DNA of 62,700 nt, filler included, from Nemertoderma westbladi (lineage: Eukaryota; Animalia; Xenacoelomorpha): NCBI GenBank assembly GCA_032718475.1. It is 3 parts of 3 records of this genome, joined end to end, with 100 filler letters (N's around TTAATTAATTAA, not from the genome) between each part and the next. Parts side by side here need not be neighbours in the genome. Positions count along the whole stretch, not along the records: positions 1 to 27,423 come from JAUCBJ010001235.1; 2 more parts are not named here. The stretch is one strand, 5' to 3'. The position numbers and the translations under genes were made by a program. Shown piece by piece: positions 10,356 through 24,908 of this stretch. Numbering within the stretch: position 1 is the stretch's first letter; each line of letters opens with the position of its first letter. The notes beneath the pieces are model-generated. The model was not told the origin of the DNA. It ran no database searches and was given only the letters and a program-made list of their open reading frames with translations.

Positions 10356-11126
10356 AACCAGCTCAGCCACTAGCCCCTGACACTCGCAGTCCCACCTAAT
10401 CCACTTCTATTGAACGGGCAGTCTTAAGTTGCAAATATTCTATCTCTAACAGCGGACCTAACGGCCTCAAGTATGCTAGAGTGAAACAGGAGGGAAGTAC
10501 AAATAAATAAATATTCAGCTCGGTATTGCTGCCAGGTGATATTAATTAAATATATTAAATATTAAATATCATAGGGAGGTTTTTTTCCAAGGTCGTTTCA
10601 GGTTGTCAACTTGGCAACTTCGGGCGTAGCAATTAGGCAAATAGGCATTACCGACTGTGAAAACTGAAACTGTGAACGTCGTGATTTACGGAGCCTCCTC
10701 TGAAAGAAATTAGATGTAATTCTTAAAACTTTCTAAACTTTTTGTTTGAAAAATTAAGATAATTATTGACTTTCAAACATTGAGTGAGTCAGATGGACAG
10801 ACGGACAATTCTCACAAACTAAATTCACAGACTACGTGGCTCGCCCCGCAAACAGATTAATTAATTAAACTATCGGTATGATACACAATATGGTTAACTT
10901 CAAGTTGAAACACATGGTAGTATCGTTTACATCAAGGTACCATATGGTCATTGGCTTATTTTTTAAGTTTAGTCGTTTTTTAGGAATTGATTTGAATTTT
11001 TTTTGTTCACATTTAAATAATGACCTTTGTTATCCTGCATTTTGATGCCTGCTATACGATTATAAGTAAAAAAGAAGCTTCATAACAGCTTTCCAAATAG
11101 TGACCATAATGGTTCGTGTTGGATAC

Positions 11127-11207
11127 ATGTATGTATGTATGTATGTATGTATGTATGTATGTATGTATGTATGTATGTATGTATGTATGTATGTATGTAT
11201 GTATGTA
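11127..11207. repeat. (ATGT)n microsatellite, ~20 units
   Basis: Perfect tetranucleotide run. Confidence 0.98.
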
Positions 11208-13218
11208 TCAATCTGCCATCAGAAGTTACTCGCGCAGTTTTGGGACTTGGCATAGTTTATCATAAAGGTCATCAGTCTTCATTAGGAAATATATTTTATG
11301 ACGGGACAGAACGAGCGCAATGAGGCAAAATGAAGACTAGTATACTGCGTTGACTATACTCCTAGAAACCACCTGATTTAGCATACATAGTAACTATATA
11401 TCATTTTGTTTTCAGTTCCAATAGTGGAATGTTGAAGGTATATATTTGAAGACCAGATGTAAAGACCGAGCGTAACGTGTTGATTACTCTCCTAAACTAC
11501 CGTGTTTAACTCATTGAACGATATGTCATTTTATTCAGTACCGGTAGTAGATTTTAAGCTATATATTTAGTGACCAGATTGTACAGGACGAACGCAACGA
11601 TGGTTGCAATGGAGACGACTGATAAGAGTGCTGGGCAGGTTTGTTTAACCCTGCTCAAAGCGTTTCTAGTTACGAATCGATAAGTGAACAACATAGTCAG
11701 TCATCTTACTGGTCCTATTATTTTTAATATGTGATCATTCTAAGGCCTCCTCCTCTCATTCATTATAAAATGAATTAACCGCTGTTCCCATGCGCTTCAG
11801 GTAAATTGAATCCAAAGTAATTACATTTTCTGCTAGGTGTACTGCGTGATTGGTTATTTGATGTTATTAGGCCTAGTGAAGTAATTATCACCTTTGCGGA
11901 AGGTAACACAGTTAAGGCACTCAGGTTCGAAGCCAATATAAATAACGGTATGTGAGGAAATTAAAGGAACACAATTTGTGTAAATGAAACCTAGCTAGTC
12001 GACTCTCTAATTAGGCAGCAGTTCACTTTAATATAATTTAGTACAAAAAGTTTTGGTATTGGTGAACCGTTTCTTGCTACTTAAGTTTAAACGGAATTGA
12101 TTTGCTTTACTTGCTTTTGTTATACCTGATGTGGGACAAAGTGACGTCTTGTGTCCAGAAATAGATCCTCGAAAGTGTTTATAAAGTAATATTTCCCTAA
12201 AATCATTTAAATTTAAAGTAATTTAGTTCAATTTACGTCACGTGTTAGTCATTTACAAAAAAAACTTCTTAAGAACATGGACGCCTACATTCATTACACC
12301 TGATGTAAAAGTCGAGGAGATCCAAAACGGATTTCCTCGAAAAAATAGCGCCGTATTAATTTACTTGAAAGCCAATGATATAATAATCGGTTTAACCGCA
12401 ACGCCACAACGGCATTAAGAGGGATTTAATTAATACTGAAAGAACCGCCAAAGTCGAAAGATAGGCACGTGACCTCAACGGACGCCCACAGGACAGAGAG
12501 AACATCAGAGGGACAATGTACTGATGCGATGGGGTAAATAGGAAGGGACCCGACGCCGCATCTATCACTTAGCCCAAAAAGTACTTGTTATTTCCCAAAC
12601 TCGTTGTCCGATGAGAGATAGGCTGTGAGTACCGGTAGCAGTCTCTCTATAAGCAGTACCTGTCACACGAAGCCCTGTGGAGAAACGCAAGATAAACTAG
12701 TAATTATTGCGATGTCAATTACGTGGCAATTGGATTTATTTTCAATTACTTGTGGTGCCGTAATTATTCTCACAGTGTGTGACCTGTTTGAGAAACAGTT
12801 GACATTGATTGGTTATGCAATACAAACTCTTCTCCATTTCACATTTTTGTAAAGTGTAATTATATGGCAATAGAGAAGGCACTTTTAAATAGGATAATTT
12901 AATTTTATATCACGTGCTTCAACATAATTGATCCCATTGGAACTATCAACGAATTATTTGAGCCCCATCTGACCTGTCTAGAATTTAATTTGATTTCAAA
13001 GTAATTCTCAAGTGAATAAAAAACCCACCTGTCTGACTTTTTCTGATATAAAAATACTACAAATTTCAAGGATACTTGAGATAAATTTATCACAAGACAT
13101 TTGTACAAAATTTTAGTTTTGTATAAAGCAATTAATTGTAGAAATAGTTGTTGACTTGTTGAATTGTTGTAAATTTCATGACTTAATGATCTAGGAAGCC
13201 GAATATGCGTACTTTCAT

Positions 13219-15235
13219 TTGAATAACTGTAACTGACCTACAGTCTATAACTGTAACTGACGCGCCAGTTGAATAACTGACCTACAATATGTAACTGTAA
13301 CTGACGTGCCAGTTGAATAACTGACCTACAGTCTATAACTGTAACTGACGCGCCAGTTAAATAACTGACCTACTATATGTAACTGTAACTGACGTGCCAG
13401 TTGAATAACTGACCTACAATCTATAATTGTAACTGACGCGCCAGTTAAATAACTGACCTACAATATGTAACTGTAACTGACGTGCCAGTTGAATAACTGA
13501 CCTACAATCTGTAATTGTAACTGACGTGCCAGTTTAATAACTGACCTACAATCTGTAACTGTGACTGACGTGCCACTCGTGCCAGTTGAATAACTAACCT
13601 ACAATCTGTAACTGTGACTGACGTACCAGTTGAATAACTGACCTACAATCTGTAACTGTAACTGACGTGCCAGTTTAATAACTGACCTACAGTCTATAAC
13701 TGTAACTGACGCGCCAGTTGAATAACTGACCTACAATATGTAACTGTAACTGACGTGCCTGTTTAATAACTGACCTAACCTACAGTCTATAACTGTAACT
13801 GACGTGCCAGTTGAATAACTGACCTACAATATGTAACTGTAACTGACGTGCCTGTTTAGTAACTGACCTAACCTACAGTCTATAACTGTAACTGACGTGC
13901 CAGTTGAATAACTGACTTACAATCTGTAACTGTAACTGACCTACAATATGTAACTGTAACTGACGTGCCAGTTTAATAACTGACCTACAGTCTATAACTG
14001 CAACTGACGCGCCAGTTGAATAACTGACCTACAATATGTAACTGTAACTGACGCGCCAGTTGAATAACTGACCTACAATCTGTAACTGTAACTGACGTGC
14101 CAGTTGAATAACTGACCGAAAATCTGTAACTGTAACTGACGTGCCACTCGTGCCAGTTGAATAACTGACCTACAATCTGTAACTGTAACTGACGTGCCAC
14201 TCGTGCCAGTTGAATAACTGACCTACAATCTGTAACTGTAACTGACGTGCCAGTTTAATAACTGACCTACAATCTATAATTGTAACTGACGCGCCAGTTG
14301 AATAACTGACCCCCAATATGTAACTGTAACTGACGCGCCAGTTGAATAACTGACCTACAATCTGTAACTGTAACTGACGTGCCACTCGTGCCAGTTGAAT
14401 AACTGACCTACAATCTGTAACTGTAACTGACGTGCCAGTTTAATAACTGACCTACAATCTATAATTGTAACTGACGCGCCAGTTGAATAACTGACCCACA
14501 ATATGTAACTGTAACTGACGCGCCAGTTGAATAACTGACCTACAATCTGTAACTGTAACTGACGTGCCAGTTGAATAACTGACCTACAATCTGTAACTGT
14601 AACTGACGTGCCAGTTGAACAACTGACCTACAATCCGTAACTGTAACTGACGTGCCACTCGTGCCAGTTGAATAACTGACCTACAATCTGTAACTGTAAC
14701 TGACGTGCCAGTTTAATAACTGACCTACAATCTATAATTGTAACTGACGCGCCAGTTGAATAACTGACCCACAATATGTAACTGTAACTGACGCGCCAGT
14801 TGAATAACTGACCTACAATCTGTAACTGTAACTGACGTGCCAGTTGAATAACTGACCTACAATCTGTAACTGTAACTGACGTGCCAGTTGAACAACTGAC
14901 CTACAATCTGTAACTGTAACTGACGTGCCAGTTTAATAACTGACCTACAATCTGTAACTGTAACTGACGTGCCAGTTTAATAACTGACCTACAATCTGTA
15001 ACTGTGACTGACGTGCCAGTTGAATAACTGACCTACAATCTGTAACTGTAACTGACGTGCCAGTTGAACAACTGACCTACAATCTGTAACTGTAACTGAC
15101 GTGCCAGTTTAATAACTGACCTACAATCTGTAACTGTAACTGACGTGCCAGTTTAATAACTGACCTACAATCTGTAACTGTAACTGACGTGCCAGTTGAA
15201 TAACTGACCTACAATCTGTAACTGTAACTTACGTG
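13219..15235. repeat. 44-bp minisatellite, ~45 copies
   Basis: Unit TTGAATAACTGACCTACAATCTGTAACTGTAACTGACGTGCCAG, with recurrent variants (CTCGTGCCA insertion). Confidence 0.97.
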
Positions 15236-16389
15236 CTCCCTAGCCGTAAGAATGTGATGGCAGCCGTGTTGATAGCTCTTGTAAAGAAGTGGGATCTTTC
15301 GTAAGTCTTGATAACAATAAACTACATCTCAAACCAATCAATGTGCTATATACAAACCTAATATGGAAGGTTACTCTTACGTGTAACGTGTAGCCGTATA
15401 TAGCGATAGCTAACATTTTAGGGGTTATATCTAATAAGATCTGCCATTTACGGTCATCCACACGACTATGCCTTACCACTTTAATCCACAACTGCGGGTC
15501 ACTGATTCTTCAGAGTTCTTTGTCATAGATTTACGATGGAGGCCGTTCTTCTTTTGTTAAGACTCTTATAGTTTGTTGATAAATTGAAATAATTGATATA
15601 ATTTAATTAACCGGTTTGATTCGAGTTCTCTCAGAAGGTCTTTCTTTATTACTGACTGGTAGCTGCTGGGCCTCCGTGCCCGAGAGAGCAGATGGTGCGA
15701 ATAACTCAAGTGTTGTCTAATGCGAACTAAATCTCAACGTCCTTGTGATTGAGGTTATTCTTACAAGAGGTCTCACGATGATGCCTGACTCCAATCTGTT
15801 ACAACAGCCAACTCACAAGAGGAATTGTATAAACCTACACAAGCATATAAAATGGATCCTTGAGCCCACACATTTAATCGTCATTGTTGGTTTAACAGCA
15901 GTTAAACAGATCTATTTCCAGCGACCAACGTTAAACTAACACACAAGTGTGTTCCCGCCGCGGGCCTTATCTCTTCGCAGACACTTGGACGCCAACCTTG
16001 GCGTTCATAGGGGCATATTTGATTACAATTATACCTATATGAGATAGTATTAATCACCATCTATACTATGAGAACTACTAGAACTAATCAGTAGTATTTA
16101 TTTACTGGCGCGTAAGAACTTTATATGATTGTAGATATTCGACGAGTAGTTTTAGTGTAATAAAGGAGTCAAAATCGGTATTCCTAGAAGCCGCGTTCCA
16201 ATATTTTATTCAATATTTCAATAAATAGGAGAGATAGACAGGAGACTTCGACTTTTCTATTTTGTTGCTTTTCAATATCTGAACGAAAAAGGTAATGAAG
16301 CGAAAATTATGGAAGCTCAGCGATGAACCCAAAAGTACGGAACCTCAAAATAAGGAACATAAAAGTAATGATGATACTAAAAGAATGAA

Positions 16390-17300
16390 CTACTACTACT
16401 ACTAGTATCGGCATGCTGCATTGCAGCTGCATTTTTAAGAATGCTGTGCCGGCTTGTCAATAAAATTGCGCCGCCACAACTCCCTATCACCCATGACATT
16501 TGCTAGATCATCCGCATCTTCAAGGCCAGTGTCATTTAAGATGCGTCTCAAGAACGTCAAGGGCTGTCCACCATGCTTATTCACTCCATGAGGCTGCCAA
16601 AGTACAAGATTATGCACTGGCTGGTCCTCACGGCGAAAGCAATGTCCTGCAAAGCGGAGGCGATTTTGTTCTAGTGTCAAGCTTGGGGGAACCAATGAGA
16701 CACCTCCAATATTATATAGTGTCTGGTTGGAGATGTGTGCATTATACTTGACACAATGAACCCGGCGTAGCATTCTTGTGAATGTGCCATCCAGAGATTT
16801 GGTGTCCTCAGCAGTTAGAGCCCAGCATGGACTCCCATAGAGGAGTACTGGAACTACTGCTGCTCTAAATAATCGGACCTAAAGTTTCCGATTAATTCTC
16901 GGTGACTTCCAAATCCTGGAAAGCCCATTCAAGGCTGCCCATGCCTTTCCCTTACGTATTCGAAGGTCCTCACCTGACTTCCGGATCCATGATCCCAGGT
17001 AACAGAAGTCGTCCACATGCTCAAGCATACCATCCTTTGAGCTTATGCTCATCCGATCAGAGACTTGCTGAGAACTTTCAAAGTTAACTGTCAAAATTTT
17101 GGTCTTTCTGGAGTTAATAAAAAGACCAACACTAGAAGCAGCATGTTCTAATGAATGAGCTGAGGAGCCGTTGGGCTCCCTCTAGTGATTCTGAGAGTAC
17201 TCCTAAGTCATCAGCAAAGTCTAGATCAATTAGGTACTTGGCAGGATTTCCTCGACTTCTGGAGCCAGTAGGTGGAGTTATCATCACCCCATCATCACCA
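16390..17300 (-). mobile_element. 5'-truncated RTE-like non-LTR retrotransposon (RT C-terminal half, frameshifted)
   Basis: Nearly identical to the 3' part of the 58505-59668 copy: DFADD, YLGSWI, RLRFAGHCFR motifs and a (TAG)n tail. Confidence 0.9.
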
Positions 17301-19186
17301 CATCAAAAGAATGAAACATTAAATATGAACCCATAATAAAGTGTGCAACGAAAAATAATGTAATTGACAAGTTTCGAAAATAAGGGTATAGATGGTAAAA
17401 GTAACAATAAGTCTGTAAATTTGTTCAATCAGCTCTGCAGGGCGGGTACTGTGCAGCAGTAATGCTTTTAGAAAAGTAGAAGAATCTATACAAAATCAAT
17501 GCATATTTTCTTATGATCCTTTTTTACACTCAATGTATAACACACCTAACGTGAGGGGTTGTGTGTGTCACACGTTGCGTCTCAGGCACGCTGTGCCAGG
17601 TCAATCAAAATATCTATAGACTAATCTCTGAGACATGTCTATTGTCTATAGACACAATAGATCTCACATCTGTGCTTCATGGGATAATTTCCCGCTCTAG
17701 GCTAAACCTTTAATACTAACCGTACGCGAACAACCGCAGAACCAAGCGTAATAACGAGACAATACAGTGCCTAACAGCTCGGTTATAAATCACCAACTTT
17801 AGCAATAGCGCTCTTAACTCCAAGACATTTTTAATCGTGGACCGACAATGAGCTGAGGTTTACTTACATCCACAGACGAGAGATGGGTGGGTACTTCCAA
17901 GGTCAACCCAGACCAACACAGATCTAATTATTGTATCGAAGTTAAGGATTTCAACGAATATTATTAGCCAAGCAAATGCTCCGCGCATTAATAGACCTAA
18001 TAGGGGCGCCTGAACTCCTCAAAAAAGGATTAAGTCGAAATGGACCCGGTCTCTCTTTTGTCCACTAGGAAGTGCATGAAAAGGCCCGCCTATTGATAGG
18101 GGATTAGCGGGTGGTTAGACCATGGTTCCCTCCATAAGCGTGAGTAAAGGTATCGCATAATTAGTTTCCTACCCTGGCCCACATCATAGCGCTATAAACA
18201 CACACAATGTGGTGTAAGCGATATCTGTATTGGCACCAACGACAAATTCACTCGTATAAGTTAAACATGTATAAAACGCACTAATGAGGCGGACGGAACC
18301 TGGTTAATTTGTTATTCACAGATAATGTCAGCGTCACTAAAGCGAAACCAATCCAATTCCATTTGAACATCTTCAACCGGGCGTAAAAGTAAAGGAGATT
18401 TTACAACATACAACATCTAAGGGCCACGTCACACGAGGAAACTATTGTAGCACAACTTGTTTCGAAACATGCGTTTACGTTTAATGCGTTTTCTAACTGA
18501 AGAGTGTGTTTAAATTTATATCCATATAGGTATATATCATATGTCTGTCTATGCTATATATTATTGTTTGTTATTTATATATTATTAATATTGTTTGCAT
18601 TAATATAATATATTGTTTATATATATTTTAACGAAAAATTAATATTCTTCAAGCGAAACATGCGTTACCTTAAACTTTGCGCAGCAGGTGACAAAATTTA
18701 TGTTAAGGGTCAGGTCGTTAGAAATATAAGCAAAATATTAGCAGAAATCCCCTAATCACTTTGCCACGCACCACCTAGAGGCAGACTGGGTAACTGCAGT
18801 CGGTTTAAGACCTCACAAAAAGTTCAGTCTTGAGGTTTTGAATATACTTTAATATGTGCCAGGTATCAATGTATCAATCAGGATGAGAGGATTTTAAACA
18901 ACAATACGAAATGGCGTAAGGATTTCATTTCGATATTTCTAACATGTATTCATTTAAGAGTTTAAGACTACTAGCACTAGCGGTTGATTGCCGATGGATT
19001 AGTATCGCACAAAGACGCATCCTATGGATGTTCTAGCACGTATATCTCCCAAGGGATAGCAAATAACGAAATGAGAGAAGATGTTCACTTGTTTCGCCCT
19101 CTAGCGCCAAACTTTAGAAGAGTAGATAGAGCCAGCGTCCCACGAAGATGCCCTATTGGTGACGGATGTTGATAGGCTACCTCGCT

Positions 19187-20381
19187 GGATCTAGGACACT
19201 TCCACCCCCCTGGACAGTCCCCCCCCCCCCTCCCCCGGACACTTCCCCCCGCCCAAGTAGGACACTTCCCCCCCGGACACTTCCCCCCCCCCCCCCCGGA
19301 CACTTGCCCCCGGACACTTCCCCCCAGTTAAAGTGTTAAAATTAATCTGGGTGCATCAGAGCAATAAACAAAAGTTAAAGATGGTTACAGGGCAAGTTGT
19401 ATCTAGACAAGTTTTTTCAAAATTATAAAAGAAACATTTTTATAGTCAAATTTTGTTTGTTTATCTTTTAATTAGGGGCTGCCGCTCCCAAACCCCCGCT
19501 TCTTTTGTTGGGGGCTGCCGCGCCCAAACCCCCGCTTATTTTCTTGGGGGTTATCGCCCCCAGACCCCGGCATTTCCCTGAGTGCCCTTGATGAAAGACT
19601 TAAGACCATTTTGAAATAATTAATTCATGTTTTTATCATCGGATAATAAATTGACTAAGCCTAAAGTAGGAGCTGTATTGAATGTTAACCAAATTAATAT
19701 ATAAATCACTACAATATTATATAATTCAACAAAATCCTATTAAAAATATTGTAAGTAACCAGGAAATTTAATATGTAGTGTGTATATCTATATATAGTAT
19801 GTATAGTAATATGTACAGTATATCAATATGTAATGCTGAACACAGAATACAGGTCGACGCATGTCGATTTTACCCTGGAGAGGTATAATTTTGATTGCAA
19901 CAATAATATTCATCACCATCTGCTACAATTTGAAGAAGACTATTACATAATATTACCTTTAATTAAAACAATTAATTATTATAATTCTATAGTTAATAAA
20001 AACAGTATATCATTCGGGGATGGAATTTTAGGTCATCTAATTAATTGTTTAAAGATTAGCAAACAATACGATGTAATTGCATTGATAAAACCCATAAATA
20101 AAACTTGGATATAAAATGTAAAATCGGGATGCAAAAGATCACTTTCTGAGCTACGAAAGGAAAATTGGATACAACTTATCTGGATACAAGCGGTCCGTTT
20201 ATCTTACAAAATGAAAAATAAGAATGTGCGAAGTTAAGAACAGTCGGGGGGGAAGTGTCCGGGGGGGAAGTGTCTGGGGGGGAAGTGTCCGGGGGGGAAG
20301 TGTCCTTCTTGAGCGGGGGGGAACTGTCCGGGGCGGAAGTGTCCGGGGCGGAAGTGTCCGGGGGGGAAGTGTCCGAACACC
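19187..20381. mobile_element. Non-autonomous Mutator-like (MULE) element
   Basis: Termini GGATCTAGGACACTTCC and GGAAGTGTCCGAACACC with arrays of GGACACTTCCCCCCC subterminal repeats. Perfect 9-bp TSD TACCTCGCT (19178-19186, 20382-20390). Confidence 0.9.
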
Positions 20382-20494
20382 TACCTCGCTACCTGTCAAC
20401 TATTTTAAAACAATAAGTAGGCTAGGCCTAACATGTATATAAAGTAAACTATAAGTAATTGGTTTCGTTTCGGTTTGTCTATTTGTATTATTCA

Positions 20495-20538
20495 TTATCC
20501 TGAAGATGGCCCACCAAGTGAGAGAAATAAATTGATAA
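20495..20538 (+). ncRNA. Degenerate minimal hammerhead motif (Penelope-type remnant)
   Basis: TTATC-CTGAAGA-tggccCACcaaGTGaga-GAAA-taaatt-GATAA: stem I TTATC/GATAA and the core boxes are present, but stem II is damaged. Confidence 0.35.
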
Positions 20539-20799
20539 AAAGCACAAGTTTTTCGTTAGTTATCAGGGAAATTATACATATAAGTTTGTCTCTGTATGAA
20601 ACAAACTTTATAAACTATTCTCATAGATCAGACCTACTATGTTTTAGTTTAAGAAAGTGGAGAGTTTCTTATAAATAAACTTTCAATGATCGACCACCAA
20701 CAATTAGGCAGAGACGAGAGTCGAGATAGTGGTACCCGTACGTTAAGCTCGAATACTTCGAATACTTTCGTGGCTTATACAGGAGCTTATAAATCAACA

Positions 20800-22555
20800 G
20801 GTTAGGTTGATGCCGTTAATGATGCTGACGACAGCAGGCAATCATCCCAGGCATGGAAATCGATCAACTTGCTTACTGGGCGGAAAAGCCAACCAACCAC
20901 CAGGTCAAGGCAGAATCACCAGCCGATCGCCTCAATGTTGGAAGGCCCACTTTGAAAAGCTGCTCAATAATGACAGGGTATTGCCTGATAACTTTATAGA
21001 AGTAAAAGTATCTGATAGTCTGAATCTGAGTAAGAGCATTAAGACCAATCGTGCCAGTGGAGTAGATGGTGTTCTCCCCGAGGTCTTTAAAATACCTGAG
21101 TGTCTAAAGCTCATCTATCCTATCATAGTAAACATGTACTGAACAACAAGAGTCCCACAGGAAATGAAAACAAATAAGTTGGTGCCAGTTCCCAAGAAGG
21201 GCAACCTAACACTCTATGGTTCTTTTCGGAGAATCTCATTGATCTCGATTTCTGCAAAGCTATACAATATAATTCTATTTAATCGCATCAGGGATCCCAT
21301 TATTGCGAGGCTGCTCCGTGGAAATCAGAATGGGTTCCGTAAAGGTCGTGGGACCATATGGAGCCCATTTTTGCACTTAAAAGGATAATTGAAGAGTTAT
21401 CAAAAAAGAAAGACAGGCATCTGGCTGTTATCTTTGTTGACTTCTTCAAGGCCTTTGATTCAGTCTCTCGATCTCGTATGTTCAGCATACTTTCATCATA
21501 TGGGATTCCTGATGAAATTATTGCAGCAATCAGATCAGTATACGATGGTTCGACAACATTTGTGTCTTCTGTTGACGGTGACACAGAACCATTTGAAGTG
21601 TTATGGGGCGTCCTCCAGGGAGACACACTTGCACCATTCTAATAATTGCGGTTGACTATGTTCTACGCATGCACTTAGATCATCACAATGATGATGGGGT
21701 GATGGTAACTCCACCTACTGGCTCCAGAAGTCGAGGAAATCCTGCCAAGTATCTAACTGATCTAGATTTTGCTGATGAATTAGGATTACTCTCAGAATTA
21801 CTAGAGGGAGCCCAACGGCTCCTCAACTCATTAGAACATGCTGTTTCTAGTGTTGGTCTTTTTATTAACTCCAAAAAGACCAAAATTCCTCAGCAAGTCT
21901 CTGACCGGATGAGCATAAGCTCAAAGGATGTTATACTTGCTCATGTGACGACTTCTGTTACCTAGGACCATGGATCCGGAAGTCAGGTGAGGACCTTCGA
22001 ATACGTAAGGGAAAGGCATTCCAGGCTTTCCAGGATTTGGAAGTCACATAGAATTAATAGTAAACTTAAGGTCCGATTATTTAGAGCAGCAGTAGTTCCA
22101 GTACTCCTCTATGGGAGTCCATGCTGGGCTCTAACTGCTGAGGACAACAAATCTCTGGGATGGCACATTCACAAGAATGCTACGCCGGGTTCACTGTGTC
22201 AAGTACAATGCAGACATTTCCAACCAGTCACTAATATAACATTGGAGGTGTCTCATTGGTTCCCCCAAACTTTACACTAGAACAAAGCCGCCTCCGCTTT
22301 GCAGGACATTGCTTTCGCCGTGAGGAACAGCCGGTGCATAATCTTGTTCTTTGGCAGCCTCATAGAGTGAATAAGCATGGTGGACAGCCCATGACATTCT
22401 TGAGACGCATCTTATAGAACACTGGCCTTGAAGATACGGATGATCTAGCAAATGTCATGGGTGATAGGGAGTTGTGGCGGCGCAATTTTGTCGACAAGCG
22501 GGACAGCATTCTTAAAAATGCAGCTGCAATGCAGAATTCTGATCCTAGTAGTAGT
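20800..22555 (+). mobile_element. Degenerate RTE-like non-LTR retrotransposon (RT, multiple frameshifts)
   Basis: PVPKKG, QNGFRKGR, FVDFFKAFDSV, GVLQGDTLAPF and DFADE motifs across fragmented ORFs; short (TAG)n tail. Confidence 0.9.
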
Positions 22556-23045
22556 TCGTGGCTCGCCCCATAGTGATACCTGTATGCTAAGCTCGCATAC
22601 TTTTGTGGCTCACCCCATAGTGGTACCTGTATTCTATGCTCGCATACTTTCGTGGCTTGCCCCATAGTGGTACCTGTATACTAAGCTCGCATACTTTCGT
22701 GGCTTGCCCCATAGTGGTACCTGTATACTAAGCTCGCATACTTTCGTGGCTTGCCCCATAGTGGTACCTGTATGCTAAGCTCGCATACATTCGTGGCTTG
22801 CCCCATAGTGGTACCTGTATGCTAAGCTCGCATACTTTCGTGGCTCGCCCCATAGTGGTACCTGTATACTAAGCTCGCATACTTTTGTGGCTCACCCCAT
22901 AGTGGTACCTGTATTCTAAGGTCGCATACTTTCGTGGCTCGCCCCATAGTGGTACCTGTATGCTAAGCTCGCATACTTTCGTCGCTCGCCCCATAGTGGT
23001 ACCTGTATGCTAAGCTCGCATACTTTCGTCGCTCGCCCCATAGTG
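22553..23045. repeat. 47-bp tandem repeat, ~10 copies
   Basis: Unit TAGTGGTACCTGTATGCTAAGCTCGCATACTTTCGTGGCTTGCCCCA. Confidence 0.95.
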
Positions 23046-24908
23046 TGTTATTCGTGGTACGTATTGAACCGGATCATTTTAGAAAATATTAGAAATTTAG
23101 ATCTTGGCTGAAAGATCACACTTTTGAAGGTATGGGGCAGGGGCATGGCCTACTTAAATATTTACGTAGGCCAGGTATGGGGTTTATCGAGGTCGCTGAT
23201 CACGGTAAAACTTTTTAAACAGATTTTCTGATAATGCAACCATGATTTTTGGTGCAATTGTGGTGCTTCACGATGAAAAGTACGTTTGTATTTCAAACTG
23301 TTAAATTTTGCCTTTGGTTGGGTAATTCTTATTAAAGTTTCTGAGAATATTCTAATGATTTTTGATATTCGAATATTGTTAAAGCATTAGAATATTCGAG
23401 CACTAAATTACATAAGTTGAAAAAAATCACTAAAAATGACAAATAGATTGTTAACTTAATCAGTGAGATTTACTTAACAAATTATGTTTACTTATTATTA
23501 TTATTGTACTGTATAAGCGCCTACTGTAAAAATATTATAATATTAATATACTTAAAGTATCAACAAAATATTCGATTATTTTTGTGACGAATATTCGAAT
23601 TAGAGAACTTCCTTTCTCAGAAACTGAAATTCTCATTATTTTTGTTTTTTTTTGTTCCCCAGGGGGTACATTCGAAATTATTAAAACATTTTGCGAATGT
23701 TATATTTGAATTCTATAATCGTGATCAGATTCCAAAAAACCTCTATATACCGCAAATATAATTTTATTTCAGCGAGCAATAAACATTTTTTGACAATTTT
23801 AGCATATAAAAAATATTGCAGATGGGTGCCAGAATGAGAGAATAAGAGACAAAATGTAACAAGCTTGCCGGTGTAATAAATTGGCGTCTGCGCTGTTGCA
23901 TAGTCCATTCAATTTGATGAAAAGTGACGAAAACTCGGTTTTTCCAATAAAGCTGGCCCGAAGATACAGATAATGAATTACAAAAACGTTCTTAAATGAT
24001 CACCCCCCCCCCCCCCCCCCCCCATCTGTACTATAAGTAATGTAAAGGCTTTCTCAAGGTCAATCAATGCTTGACATTTTAAAACTGTTTAGAAAAATTA
24101 AGAGGAAAATATTTTTATCTCGTATCGTATAATAAGAATAATTAATTCTCGTATTTCGATTCATATTTTCGAATCAATAGATATATATTTATTGGGTGAT
24201 ATTGTAAAACATTGAACCCAATTAACTTTATGGTGCAACGGGAAAATCCGCTCTGGGAAGAAAATAAATAAATATAGAAACCGCAAGGTGGCGTCATGAA
24301 AATGAAGTTTCATATCACTGCTTAATAATAAGGTCAATCAACAAGAAGTTAAACAATCTATTCGGCTTCTTGACAGCCGATAACTTATTATAACCCTTCG
24401 GATAAATTAATTAATTTACACCAAAACCTTTTCTTCCTCCAAAAATTATAATGTTTATCGGAAAAATACGTAATGATGTTTAAGAATAATTGGGGTCAAA
24501 AAATATAAAAAAAATTTTATACCCGTTTCTTGTAGCAAATTTTATGGAGATTTCAAATCTGTAAACAGTTTATTTCTAGTTTGTCTAGTTTTCGAGTTAT
24601 GGCTCATTATATAGACACGCATCCTGAAAATTATTTGAAAAAAATGACAAAAATTAACAAAATTTCCGGCTTGTTGCACTGAAATCATTGTATTGGCTAA
24701 TAAGTTATTACAGGTTGGAATGTATTTTAGCGGGAAGTTTAAAACGAGAATTTGCACATTGTTATGTTTTAGTTACTAACTGTATGCTGTATTGGTGTTT
24801 CAATCAATGCAATCAGCAGTTTTGACGGACACAGACTATAGAGCGTCCTCCATCTTCGAATCGAAAATTGTACATACATCGTTGACGATATAATTTTTAT
24901 AATACAGT

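Larger units (their letters stand above)
9867..10551 (-). repeat. 340-bp tandem duplication carrying hammerhead ribozymes (retrozyme / Penelope pLTR-like)
   Basis: Two nearly identical units offset by 340 bp (e.g. ctcatcagta at 10001 and 10341). Confidence 0.9.
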
